DNA of 39,424 bases from a virus. The translations under genes were made by a program, and so were the position numbers. Within the stretch, counting starts at the first letter, position 1. Every line of letters begins with the position of its first letter. The notes beneath the pieces were generated by a model, which was not told the DNA's origin, ran no database searches, and worked only from the letters and a program-made list of their open reading frames with translations. The stretch spans positions 1 to 39,424 of the IMG/VR virus record IMGVR_UViG_3300048587_000399. One strand, written 5' to 3'. Positions 8,019 to 16,095 of the stretch are shown here, piece by piece.

Positions 8019-8584
8019 CAAGAAAGTTCCGCAGCAGCCCGGACAGCCTCACCCACCGCGCCAGAACCGCGGAACAGGTCCACCACCTCATCGACCGCCG
8101 GATCGTGAGACAGCGCAGCGAGCACCCACGACGTCCACTCCGCAGGCTTTGCACCGATGAACCCACGCCGCGGAGCCGGAGCCACCAGCACATCCGGCAC
8201 CGCGCCGACACCCCCTCGGTTCGAGCGACGCCCGACCGGAGGGAACAGGATCACCGGCTCCCACAGCGAGCGCAGCCGGTGCGCTCCCGGCTGCGCGTTC
8301 GGCTTCACCCACGCCATCACTCGGCACGCAGCAGGAAGTGCCCCGTAGGCCTGCAGCCCATCCGGGCTCGTGGCGATAGCCCACCCGTCGAACTCATCCG
8401 CCAGCCGCAGCAGCAGCGCCCGGTGCGTCGCCGGGTCGTCCCACAGGAGAGCCTCCGGGTGGAAGTCGGACGGGCGATCCGTCACCGACCGCTGCCCTGA
8501 GCCGTACCAGCGCGACGCCCGGTTCTTCCGACCACCCGAGCCCACGAACGGAGGGTACGGAGGGTCCGCGATAGCGAGCCTCAC
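8018..8584 (-). CDS. DNA methyltransferase, beta-class order (motif IV DPPY N-terminal, motif I C-terminal)
   Basis: Track ORF 8018-8602. GTG 8584 overlaps the upstream stop (GTGA). It has VRLAIADPPYPPF (motif IV) and VVDLFRGSGAVG (FxGxG-like motif I). Confidence 0.8.
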   Translation of the reverse strand: MRLAIADPPYPPFVGSGGRKNRASRWYGSGQRSVTDRPSDFHPEALLWDDPATHRALLLRLADEFDGWAIATSPDGLQAYGALPAACRVMAWVKPNAQPGAHRLRSLWEPVILFPPVGRRSNRGGVGAVPDVLVAPAPRRGFIGAKPAEWTSWVLAALSHDPAVDEVVDLFRGSGAVGEAVRAAAELS

Positions 8585-8922
8585 CAGCCGACCTCCGCCC
8601 ACAGCGACCGCGACGCGTACCCACGCCCGGCAGAACCACCCGACAGCAGGAACACCACCTGGTCCTCCTCGTCAACCGCGACCGGCGCGAGCCCGGAGCC
8701 GCCACACTCCGCGCAGCCGTCGCCCTCGCACGAGCCGCACGCGCACGCGTCGCAGCCCGAGCCCTCGCACTCCGCGCAGCCGCCAGCAGGAGCGCCGGCA
8801 TCCACGCCAGCCACCAGCCCGCCCACGGACTCCTGCAGCGGGTACGTCGGCTGGTACGCCAGCCGCACCTCCACGTCGCCGTCGAACTCGCCGAGCGCCT
8901 CGATCAGCTCCCGGACGTTCAC
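8581..8922 (-). CDS. Small protein with an internal DnaJ-type CxxCxGxG zinc-finger cluster
   Basis: 113 aa, containing CAECEGSG-CDAC-A-CGSCEGDG-CAECGGSG at residues 49-77. GTGA overlap at its start. Confidence 0.65.
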   Translation of the reverse strand: MNVRELIEALGEFDGDVEVRLAYQPTYPLQESVGGLVAGVDAGAPAGGCAECEGSGCDACACGSCEGDGCAECGGSGLAPVAVDEEDQVVFLLSGGSAGRGYASRSLWAEVGW

Positions 8923-9206
8923 GACAGCTCCTCGGAGTCGTCGCGGCCCTCGGGAGGGTACACCCGCAGCGGAGGGACACCCGCAGCCTGAGCACGGAGG
9001 AGCGCCTGCCCGCGCGGGCTGCCCACTGGGACATAGCGCCCGTGGACCGGACCAGTCGCCTCGGGGTCGAGAATCTCCGCGTGACCGTGCGGGTGCTCCT
9101 CGTCCAGCACCGTCTCGATGCTTTCGAGCAGCGCATCACGGAGCGCCTCAAGGTCGGCGAGCCGCGCCACGATGCCGGCGATGTCCTTACGTCGCTGAGC
9201 GTTCAT
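8919..9206 (-). CDS. Hypothetical protein (95 aa)
   Basis: Track ORF 8919-9308. ATG 9206 lies 2 nt behind the SD-hairpin motif. Confidence 0.6.
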   Translation of the reverse strand: MNAQRRKDIAGIVARLADLEALRDALLESIETVLDEEHPHGHAEILDPEATGPVHGRYVPVGSPRGQALLRAQAAGVPPLRVYPPEGRDDSEELS

Positions 9207-9207
9207 C

Positions 9208-9223
9208 AGATCCTCCAAGATCA
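9208..9223 (-). promoter_or_regulatory. SD-hairpin motif (TGATCTTGGAGGATCT)
   Basis: Read directly. It lies 2 nt upstream of ATG 9206. Confidence 0.6.
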
Positions 9224-9272
9224 GAGCCGGCCGGGTGCCGACGTGGACTACATTGCCACCGCTACTCAACTT
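9208..9272 (-). promoter_or_regulatory. Conserved leader/promoter-like module, copy B
   Basis: See copy A (7939-8018). It lies directly downstream of the 9299-9336 hairpin. Confidence 0.35.
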
Positions 9273-9298
9273 CCCGCAACTCCCAGTTGAACGACGAA

Positions 9299-9336
9299 AC
9301 TCCCCCACCCGCAGCCGGAGCCACGAGTGGGGGAGT
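9299..9336 (-). terminator. Hairpin terminator candidate (10-bp stem actcccccac/gtgggggagt, 18-nt loop, then TTTCGTCGTT)
   Basis: Inverted repeat read directly. It lies 18 nt downstream of the stop at 9354. Confidence 0.55.
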
Positions 9337-9353
9337 GATTCGATCAGCGAGGA

Positions 9354-10382
9354 TCAGTCCTGCGCGACCACCGACGACACGACGTAGGAGCGCCACAGCG
9401 ACGCCTCGGCCGCGTCGAGCTGGTACGCGGCCGCAGCCGTCGTGTTGACCTCGTACAGACAGATGTGCTCCGGAGCCCGGTCGCCGAGCGCGAGCAGCCA
9501 GTCCGTCTGCTCCCGCAGCCACGACAGCCGCTGCGCCGACGAGAACCCCGACCGGAGCTTCACGCCGTACTCGGCGACCGTCCACCGCGTCACGCCGTTG
9601 GCTTCCATCCACGCCAGAGCCTTCTCGACCACCGGCCGGTAGTCCTTGTAGCCCGCGATCCCATCGAGGTCGAGCGCGAGCACATCGAACGCGCCCAGGT
9701 CGATGTAGTCCAGCGGGTTGTATCGCTGCGTCGGGTCGAACGTCCACCCCGACAGCGTGGCGAACGACGACAGCTCCGGCCGCTCCGCGCGCAGCAGCTC
9801 GTGCCCGGCCTTCGCAATCTTCTTCATCGGCGCGACCGGCGTCCCGTTGTTGCGGTTCTTCACGTCCGGCTCATGCCAGAACCCGTACAGGTCGCCAGCC
9901 CGCAGCGTCGACACCGCGCGGACCGCGGCCGCCTCATCCAGCGGAGCCGACACCCGCGGCTTCCAGCTCGCCAGCAGCACCCCCGCCTCGCCGCGCGCAG
10001 GAGCAGGAGCGAGCCCCGCGTCCTCATCGGCGAACAGCCGCACCGCGAGCCCCGGAGCCCACCGCCGCACCGCCGACGTCACCGACGCGGCCGAGAACCC
10101 GCCAGCCGTCGCGCACGAGCCGAGCAGCGGAGCACGCCGCACCGGCTCGGGGTCCGGCTCCGGCTCGCCGTCGAGCAGCGCCTGCAGCCGCCGCACCTCC
10201 GCCTGCAGCCCAGCCTCCCGGCCGGCCGCCTCGGCAGCAGCGACCGCCGCCTCAGCCCGCGCAGCAGCGAGCGCCGCAGCACCAGCCTCCTCCGTCGCCC
10301 GGATCGCCTTCTCCGCCTCATCGGCCAGCGACCGCGCAGCCGCGACGACATCGCCGACCGCCGCATCCAAGAAGTCACTCAT
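9354..10382 (-). CDS. Coiled-coil N-terminus plus clan GH-A-like (beta/alpha)8 glycoside hydrolase domain; putative depolymerase or lysin
   Basis: 342 aa. The N-terminus is Ala/Glu-rich and heptad-like. GFWHEPD (acid/base-like) and TVAEYGV (nucleophile-like) are spaced as in GH5/GH26-type enzymes. This is pattern recognition only. Confidence 0.5.
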   Translation of the reverse strand: MSDFLDAAVGDVVAAARSLADEAEKAIRATEEAGAAALAAARAEAAVAAAEAAGREAGLQAEVRRLQALLDGEPEPDPEPVRRAPLLGSCATAGGFSAASVTSAVRRWAPGLAVRLFADEDAGLAPAPARGEAGVLLASWKPRVSAPLDEAAAVRAVSTLRAGDLYGFWHEPDVKNRNNGTPVAPMKKIAKAGHELLRAERPELSSFATLSGWTFDPTQRYNPLDYIDLGAFDVLALDLDGIAGYKDYRPVVEKALAWMEANGVTRWTVAEYGVKLRSGFSSAQRLSWLREQTDWLLALGDRAPEHICLYEVNTTAAAAYQLDAAEASLWRSYVVSSVVAQD

Positions 10383-12046
10383 CGCACAATCCCTCCAACA
10401 TCATCGGAGCCGCGCAGCACGCCCGACTCCACCGAACCCTGCAGCCCGCCGGCACCCGGCGAACCTTCCAACGAACCGATCCAGCCCGACCCGAACACCG
10501 GACCCCACGCAGCCGAACCGACCAGCACACCCTCCGCAGGGTAGACCCTGCCCGACACGAGCACGACCACGACCTCATCGGACGCGCCCACCGCATCGGC
10601 GACCTCGACCGGAGCGAGCTCGAGAACCCACGACACCTCGTCGGACGCACCCACGCCCTCCGCGGCCGCGCGCGCCACCGTGAGCGCAGCAGCCACGACG
10701 TCCGCGACCCCGACACCCTCGGCCGCGCCGCGGACCGCAGCGAGCAGCACACCCGCAGCGTCAGCGACCCCGACACCCTCGGCCGGCGAGCGCACAGCGC
10801 CGACCACGACCGACGCAGCATCAGCGACGCCCACGCCGTCCTCGGCCGACACGGAGCCGGAGCCCACCAGCTCGACCGTCACCTCATCAGTGACACCCAC
10901 CGCCTCGGCCGGACCACGGACCACCCCGAGCACCGCGGCCGCGGAGTCACCCGCACCCACCGCCTCCGACGCAGCACGCCCGACCGCGAGCACCACGACA
11001 TCGACCACGCCCGCCGAGTCCGCCGTCGACCGCACGAGCGCCACAGCGACCACCGCGGAGTCACCGACGCCCGCAGCATCCGCCACCGCGCGCCCCACCG
11101 CGACCGTGAGCGCGTCAACGACACCCACCGGCTCCGACGCTGCCCTAGGCATCCCCAGAGCCGCCAGAACGGCGTCTGTCGCGCCCACCGCATCATCCGC
11201 GGACCGCAGCACCTCCGCGACCGCCGACACGACGTCGCCGGCACCCGCAGCGTCCGCCGGAGCCCGCACGACATCGGCGACCACCGCAGCCGAGTCCGTC
11301 GCGCCGACAGCCTCCTCCGGGTCGGCCTCGTAGTCCGTGCCGCCCGCAGCATCCCGCAGCCGGAGCACGAGCGCCGGACCATAGGTCGACGTTCCGACCG
11401 CCGCCGACGCCGTGACCGTCGACACCGACTGCGTGCCCGACGTCACCGACGCATGGAACGCCGTCGACTCCAGGTCATTGCCGTTCGTGGAGGAGTATTC
11501 CCACACTTCAGTGCGGGCGCCCATCGTCAGCCCGGTCGACGCGAAGTTCTGCGCCGAGCAGGAGCCCGCGTCAGTCGGCTTGCCGATGTGCCCGAACAGC
11601 AGGTCACCCGCAGCGATCCACCCGGCACCGAGCCCGCCGTTCGGAGAACACACCGCGCTGATCGTCGTCCCCGCCGACGTGTCCTCGCCCGATGCCCACG
11701 CGACATCGAACGCACCCGTGGCGGAGCGGAACGCGAACATCGACGCGATGCAGACCGTGCCCGACGTGACAGTCACCGTCACAGTGCCCGACTCCGAGCC
11801 CGACACCGTGTCCTTCGTGAACCACCACATCTTCGTCGGACCCGTGTCCGACGCGACCGAACCGAACGTGCCCGCCACGACCGCGAGCTGCGTCCACCCC
11901 GCCGGCATCGACGCGGCCGCCGACGCCGCCTCGCGCGCCTGCACCGCGCACAAGATCATGTCGCCCGCAGCGAGCCCCGCAGGGTAGCCCGGAGTACACG
12001 ACGTGGTGCCCAGCGCGTTAGCACCCTTGGCGACGTAGGAGGACAC
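10379..12046 (-). CDS. Repeat-containing virion/fibre-like protein (555 aa)
   Basis: Track ORF. GTG 12046 is preceded by GGGGAG. It has a globular N-terminal 240 aa followed by 13 tandem 20-aa repeats. Confidence 0.7.
   Translation of the reverse strand: MSSYVAKGANALGTTSCTPGYPAGLAAGDMILCAVQAREAASAAASMPAGWTQLAVVAGTFGSVASDTGPTKMWWFTKDTVSGSESGTVTVTVTSGTVCIASMFAFRSATGAFDVAWASGEDTSAGTTISAVCSPNGGLGAGWIAAGDLLFGHIGKPTDAGSCSAQNFASTGLTMGARTEVWEYSSTNGNDLESTAFHASVTSGTQSVSTVTASAAVGTSTYGPALVLRLRDAAGGTDYEADPEEAVGATDSAAVVADVVRAPADAAGAGDVVSAVAEVLRSADDAVGATDAVLAALGMPRAASEPVGVVDALTVAVGRAVADAAGVGDSAVVAVALVRSTADSAGVVDVVVLAVGRAASEAVGAGDSAAAVLGVVRGPAEAVGVTDEVTVELVGSGSVSAEDGVGVADAASVVVGAVRSPAEGVGVADAAGVLLAAVRGAAEGVGVADVVAAALTVARAAAEGVGASDEVSWVLELAPVEVADAVGASDEVVVVLVSGRVYPAEGVLVGSAAWGPVFGSGWIGSLEGSPGAGGLQGSVESGVLRGSDDVGGIVR
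10555..11317 (-). repeat. 13 tandem repeats of about 60 nt (20 aa) inside the 555-aa gene
   Basis: The consensus peptide is [AG]-[VA]-G-x-x-D-x(8-10)-R-x(3)-[ED]. One exact 22-nt block, gcgaccccgacaccctcggccg, occurs at 10704-10725 and 10764-10785, exactly 60 nt apart. Confidence 0.85.
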
Positions 12047-12066
12047 GCGCAGCTCCCCTCAGCCGG

Positions 12067-12630
12067 TCAGGCTCCCAGGATGGTGATCGCCCACGTCAGC
12101 GTGAGCGTGTCGCCCGCGCCCTTCGAGCCGATCCCCGCGAGCAGCACGCGAGCAATGGTGTTCGCTGCCGTCGCCGTCGTCGCGTTGTCGTTCGCAATCG
12201 TGTCGGTGTTCAGCACCGCCTCGGTGATCGCCGAACCCGTCGTAGCCTCGCCGGCCGCGTAGGTCCGACGCCACGTCGCCACCCCGGCGACCGCAGTCGG
12301 ATACCCGCCGTCCGGCGCCTTGTTCGACCCCGACAGGTACGACACAATCGCCGCACCCGCGCCCGTCTTGGCGACCGCCGTCGAGCCCGTGCCGAGCCGG
12401 AACCCCGTCACCTGCGACGGGAGCCCCGACGACAGCGCAGCCCGGCCGGCGAAGTACTGGTCGCCGGTCGCCGTCACCAGGTTGTTCGTCAGCACCCGGT
12501 TCTTGAGCTCGCCGTCCGGCCCGTACATCTCCGCGAGCACGACCCCGTGGATACCCACCAGATCACCCGCACCGCGCAGCCGAGCCAGCTCCGCGGCGAT
12601 TCCGTCATGCGTCAGAGCAACGTCACGCAT
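12067..12630 (-). CDS. Hypothetical protein (187 aa), possibly virion-associated
   Basis: Track ORF. ATG 12630 is preceded by GAAGGAGGG. Gly/Thr/Ala-rich and beta-rich in appearance. Confidence 0.6.
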   Translation of the reverse strand: MRDVALTHDGIAAELARLRGAGDLVGIHGVVLAEMYGPDGELKNRVLTNNLVTATGDQYFAGRAALSSGLPSQVTGFRLGTGSTAVAKTGAGAAIVSYLSGSNKAPDGGYPTAVAGVATWRRTYAAGEATTGSAITEAVLNTDTIANDNATTATAANTIARVLLAGIGSKGAGDTLTLTWAITILGA

Positions 12631-12633
12631 CGC

Positions 12634-13296
12634 TCAGCCCTCCTTCGTGGGGTCGATGTAGCCAGCCGGGCGACGAGCGGAGCCGAGCAGCCACCGCTCC
12701 ACGACCGGCCATTTCTTGCCGAGCCTACGCGCAGCCCAGAAGTACGCGCCGGACACCAGACCGATGCAGAGCGCACCGAGCACCGCCAGCACCGTCACGC
12801 CCGGCGCGACGAGCGCCAGCACCTCCGTGTCGACCCACGCGATGAAGTCACCCACCGCGGGGATGCGCGAGATGAGCCACGCGAGGAACGCGCCCACCGC
12901 AGCCGGCACCGCCGTGCGGATCGTGCCCAGAATGAGGTCTTGCCTCGAACCGTCCATATCGTCCTCCTTGCGGACCTTGGGATTCAGGTGCAGCGCCGAC
13001 GACTCTCGCCGACGCCAGTTGCGGAGCAGCACCCACAGCAGCCGCGTCGCCGCCGCCGCCGAGAGCGCATACACCGCGAGCCGCACCCACTCCCGAGCCG
13101 GGTACTCCGGGCCGAGCAGCCGTGCGGCCGCGTTGTTGAGGAACACGATCACGAGCGAGCAGACAAAGTACAGCAGCGCCCGCCCAGCCGGCGTCGACCG
13201 CCAGTTGTAGAACGACGAGTACGCCACCGCGAACGCCGTCGTGACCACCGCCGCGTACAGCAGGATCGCGTCGCCGAGCACGAGCAGGTCGAACAT
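12634..13296 (-). CDS. Multi-pass membrane protein (holin-like or lysis-associated)
   Basis: Track ORF 12634-13299. AAGGAGGG precedes GTGATG. There are at least 5 hydrophobic helices. Confidence 0.6.
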   Translation of the reverse strand: MFDLLVLGDAILLYAAVVTTAFAVAYSSFYNWRSTPAGRALLYFVCSLVIVFLNNAAARLLGPEYPAREWVRLAVYALSAAAATRLLWVLLRNWRRRESSALHLNPKVRKEDDMDGSRQDLILGTIRTAVPAAVGAFLAWLISRIPAVGDFIAWVDTEVLALVAPGVTVLAVLGALCIGLVSGAYFWAARRLGKKWPVVERWLLGSARRPAGYIDPTKEG

Positions 13297-13517
13297 CACA
13301 CCCTCCTTGTGAAAGTGATCTGGATTGCCTCGCCGAAGTGGTTCAGAGCGCGCCGCTCCACCAGCTCCGACGCGAGCGCCGACACACCGAACCCGCGGAT
13401 GCGCGCAGCACGCAGCTCCGCCTCAGCACGAGCGCGCTGCGCCCGCGCCTCCTCCACATCGTCCGTCTCCGGCACCTCGTCGGCGCCGTTGCGACCGAAC
13501 GGCCAGATGGGCATCAT
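13296..13517 (-). CDS. Small charged protein in the lysis cassette (73 aa)
   Basis: Track ORF 13296-13661. ATG 13517 overlaps the upstream stop (ATGA). Confidence 0.5.
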   Translation of the reverse strand: MMPIWPFGRNGADEVPETDDVEEARAQRARAEAELRAARIRGFGVSALASELVERRALNHFGEAIQITFTRRV

Positions 13518-13849
13518 CCACCCCCTTGAGTGGCCTCGCCCGAGCCAGGAGCCGCCGCACGCAGGAACGCTGCGGTGACACGGTTGCCCTCCACCAGCTT
13601 GCCGTTCTGCGCGAGCAGCTCGGCATTCACGGCGTCCTTGGAGAGCGCCGTCTCCTTCCACTCATCCCCGCGCTTGCGTTCCGCAGCCACAATCGTCTGA
13701 TGGGTCGACCTCGGGATTAGTCGACCCGTCGCGATCAGCCAGTACAGCAGGATGAGCACACCGATGAGAGCGGGGATAGGAGCCAGGTTCCACAGCCCCG
13801 GCAGACCGGACGTCACATCCGCCGCCGACGCCGTGACCACCCCGCTCAC
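13514..13849 (-). CDS. Holin-like single-TM protein (111 aa)
   Basis: Track ORF 13514-14080. GTG 13849 overlaps the M23 stop (GTGA). It has the TM helix LAPIPALIGVLILLYWLIATG followed by a charged tail. Confidence 0.55.
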   Translation of the reverse strand: MSGVVTASAADVTSGLPGLWNLAPIPALIGVLILLYWLIATGRLIPRSTHQTIVAAERKRGDEWKETALSKDAVNAELLAQNGKLVEGNRVTAAFLRAAAPGSGEATQGGG

Positions 13850-14559
13850 CCCTTGGCGAGCAGCGCGTCCAGCTTCGGCCGGATCTGCGTGTTGAAGTGG
13901 TTCTGGGTGACGTGCGTGAAGTTGCCCGTGTTGTGAGCCCGAGCCTGGTCGTTGATGTACGTCTGATCGACGCCGCCGAACAGCTCGTAGAACCCGGACA
14001 CCGGGTAGTAGATCAGACACACCCTCTTGTCGGCCGGGGTGGACGCGTCGCCGCCGATGTAGTGACCGATTGCCTTGCACATGATGTCATCCTCCTCGGA
14101 TGGGATAGGGAGCGGGACAGCCCCGCCGCCGGCCGGAGCGCCGACGTACAACTCGAAGTTCTGCGGCCGCGTCACACCCGGCACGGGGACACCGCCAGGA
14201 GCGCGCCAGAACGACCAATGCAGGTGCGGACCCACACCCCACTCGGACCCGTGCGCCGACGCGCCAGACAACGCGAGCTGCTGCCCGCGCCGGAACCGCT
14301 GCCCCGGCACCAGGTCGACGCGCAGCAGGTGCAGCCCGCGGTGGTAGTCCGCGCCCGTCTTGATCATGATCGCGCGACCCGCAGCACCAGCCGGGTCGCG
14401 GTCGATGCCGACCACGAACCCATCCGCAGGAGCGAGCACCGGGATGCCCGCGCGACACGCGTAGTCGACACCCGGCTCCGTGCTCGGCGGGTCGCGGTCC
14501 AGATGACCCGCGAACGTGTCGCTGATTGGAGCCGTCACCGGCCGCGAGTAGCCAGTCAT
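13846..14559 (-). CDS. M23 (LytM-type) peptidase; endolysin or tail-associated lysin
   Basis: Track ORF 13846-15018. ATG 14559 overlaps the upstream stop by 1 nt. It has PGVDYACRAGIPVLAPADGFVV and GPHLHWSF (HxH), the hallmark motifs of M23 peptidases. Confidence 0.8.
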   Translation of the reverse strand: MTGYSRPVTAPISDTFAGHLDRDPPSTEPGVDYACRAGIPVLAPADGFVVGIDRDPAGAAGRAIMIKTGADYHRGLHLLRVDLVPGQRFRRGQQLALSGASAHGSEWGVGPHLHWSFWRAPGGVPVPGVTRPQNFELYVGAPAGGGAVPLPIPSEEDDIMCKAIGHYIGGDASTPADKRVCLIYYPVSGFYELFGGVDQTYINDQARAHNTGNFTHVTQNHFNTQIRPKLDALLAKG

Positions 14560-15215
14560 CAGAGCATCCCGCGCAGCCGAGCCCGGAACTCGCACTGAGC
14601 CGGAACCCACGCGCCCGAGCCGGTCGCCGCCGACGTGTGCTGCACTTCGAGATAGTCGCCGGCCGTCAGGTCGAGCGTCGTCTCGGCCTTCGGGTTCGTG
14701 CCCGAGCCGCCCGCACCGACGCTCGCGCCGTTGCCCAGCGAGCTCGCCACCCCGTTGACGAACAGCACCGTGGCGGTTGCGATGATGCCCGACGAGCGCA
14801 GGTTGTAGCCCACGTCGTAGAGCCCCGTGTACGGGATCGTCAGCCGCGTGTTGGAGCCCGCGTCGAAGAACTCGTCCGAGTCCACAATGATCGAGCCCGC
14901 GCCACCCCACTGGAACTTCGGCGTGCCCGTCGACCACCCCTGCGCGACCGCCGAGTTGATGTTCACAGCGACCGCGCGGCCGCCCGTGATGATCCACGCG
15001 CCGGAGCGCCGCAGCCACACCAGCCCCGTGTCCGTCTCGGTGAACAGCATCCCGTTCGGCATCTGCGCCGACACGAGCCCCGCGCGATCCGCAGCCGTCC
15101 CCGAGCGCACGAACCCGTGCTTCTTCGTGTAGTCCGCAGCCGCCTGCAGGTCGTTGACGTGATCGCCGGTGTCGTCGTAGACCGGCCGGTCGTCGGTGCC
15201 GAGCGTGTTACCCAT
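14559..15215 (-). CDS. Minor tail protein (218 aa)
   Basis: Track ORF. GGAGG precedes ATG 15215. It is the last gene of the tail block. Confidence 0.6.
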   Translation of the reverse strand: MGNTLGTDDRPVYDDTGDHVNDLQAAADYTKKHGFVRSGTAADRAGLVSAQMPNGMLFTETDTGLVWLRRSGAWIITGGRAVAVNINSAVAQGWSTGTPKFQWGGAGSIIVDSDEFFDAGSNTRLTIPYTGLYDVGYNLRSSGIIATATVLFVNGVASSLGNGASVGAGGSGTNPKAETTLDLTAGDYLEVQHTSAATGSGAWVPAQCEFRARLRGML

Positions 15216-15216
15216 C

Positions 15217-16095
15217 TCACTGCCTCCACGAGATTTTCAGAGCGCCGGATGCGCGGTACTGAGCGAGCGAGCTGAACTTGTTGAACCCGCCCTGGTTGAG
15301 CCCGATGCCCCGCTGCGAGCCGCCGCCCTTGAGAGCAGCGAACCACGACGATGCACCGGGAGGAGTCTGCCACCCCGGAGCGGGATCCCACTCGGTGTAC
15401 GCCGACACGCTGGGGATGCCGCCGGCCTTCGACACGCCGTTGTGGAGCACGAACCGCGGGTCGCCGCCCTGGTCCTGCACCCGGCTGATGAACATCTGCA
15501 GCGACACGAACGTGGCGCCGGACGGGATCGTGTCGCGGAGCTGCGTCCCGTAGAACCAGAACCCGTAGGTGGAGTTCGACGCCCACGGCTGCTCCGTCCA
15601 CCAGCGAGGAGCGCCCCGGTCCGTCGAGCCCGCCTGCGTCGCGTAGAACGTCACCGTTTTCAGCCCGCCGGCCGGAGGAGCAGAGGGAGCCTCATCCGCC
15701 GTCGACAGCGCCGACAGCACGCCGAGCACCCGCGGACCATTCGACCAGCCAATAGCGACCGGCTGCCCCGCGCTCGGCGCCGACCCCACATACGGCATCT
15801 TGATGTCGCCAATGTCGGTCGTCACCACCGCGTAGGGTGCCGTCACCGACGCCACCACGCCCTCTCCGGGCTTCGCGCCCTGGGGGAGCAGCAAGTGCCG
15901 CGGACCGACCGTCAGCACCGTCACAGCCTCGTTGGGCATCGGCACATACCCCGCGCCGAACTCGCACGAGAACCGCGACGAGCCCACATCCACGAGCGCA
16001 GCGAACTGCGCGTCCATCCCCACGAAGACACCGCGCCGCAGCGCCACCGGGGCTCGAGCGTCGAGCCCCGCGAGAATCACCTCGGCCTCGTTCAC
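15217..16095 (-). CDS. Minor tail protein (292 aa)
   Basis: Track ORF with a GTGA overlap at its start. It lies in the tail block. Confidence 0.6.
   Translation of the reverse strand: MNEAEVILAGLDARAPVALRRGVFVGMDAQFAALVDVGSSRFSCEFGAGYVPMPNEAVTVLTVGPRHLLLPQGAKPGEGVVASVTAPYAVVTTDIGDIKMPYVGSAPSAGQPVAIGWSNGPRVLGVLSALSTADEAPSAPPAGGLKTVTFYATQAGSTDRGAPRWWTEQPWASNSTYGFWFYGTQLRDTIPSGATFVSLQMFISRVQDQGGDPRFVLHNGVSKAGGIPSVSAYTEWDPAPGWQTPPGASSWFAALKGGGSQRGIGLNQGGFNKFSSLAQYRASGALKISWRQ

Noticed and set aside
10555-11317. Regular 60-nt periodic repeats that could be mistaken for a CRISPR array or a non-coding satellite.
   Set aside because: The repeats are contiguous with no unique spacers. They are degenerate at the DNA level but conserved at the peptide level, and they lie inside one long open reading frame.
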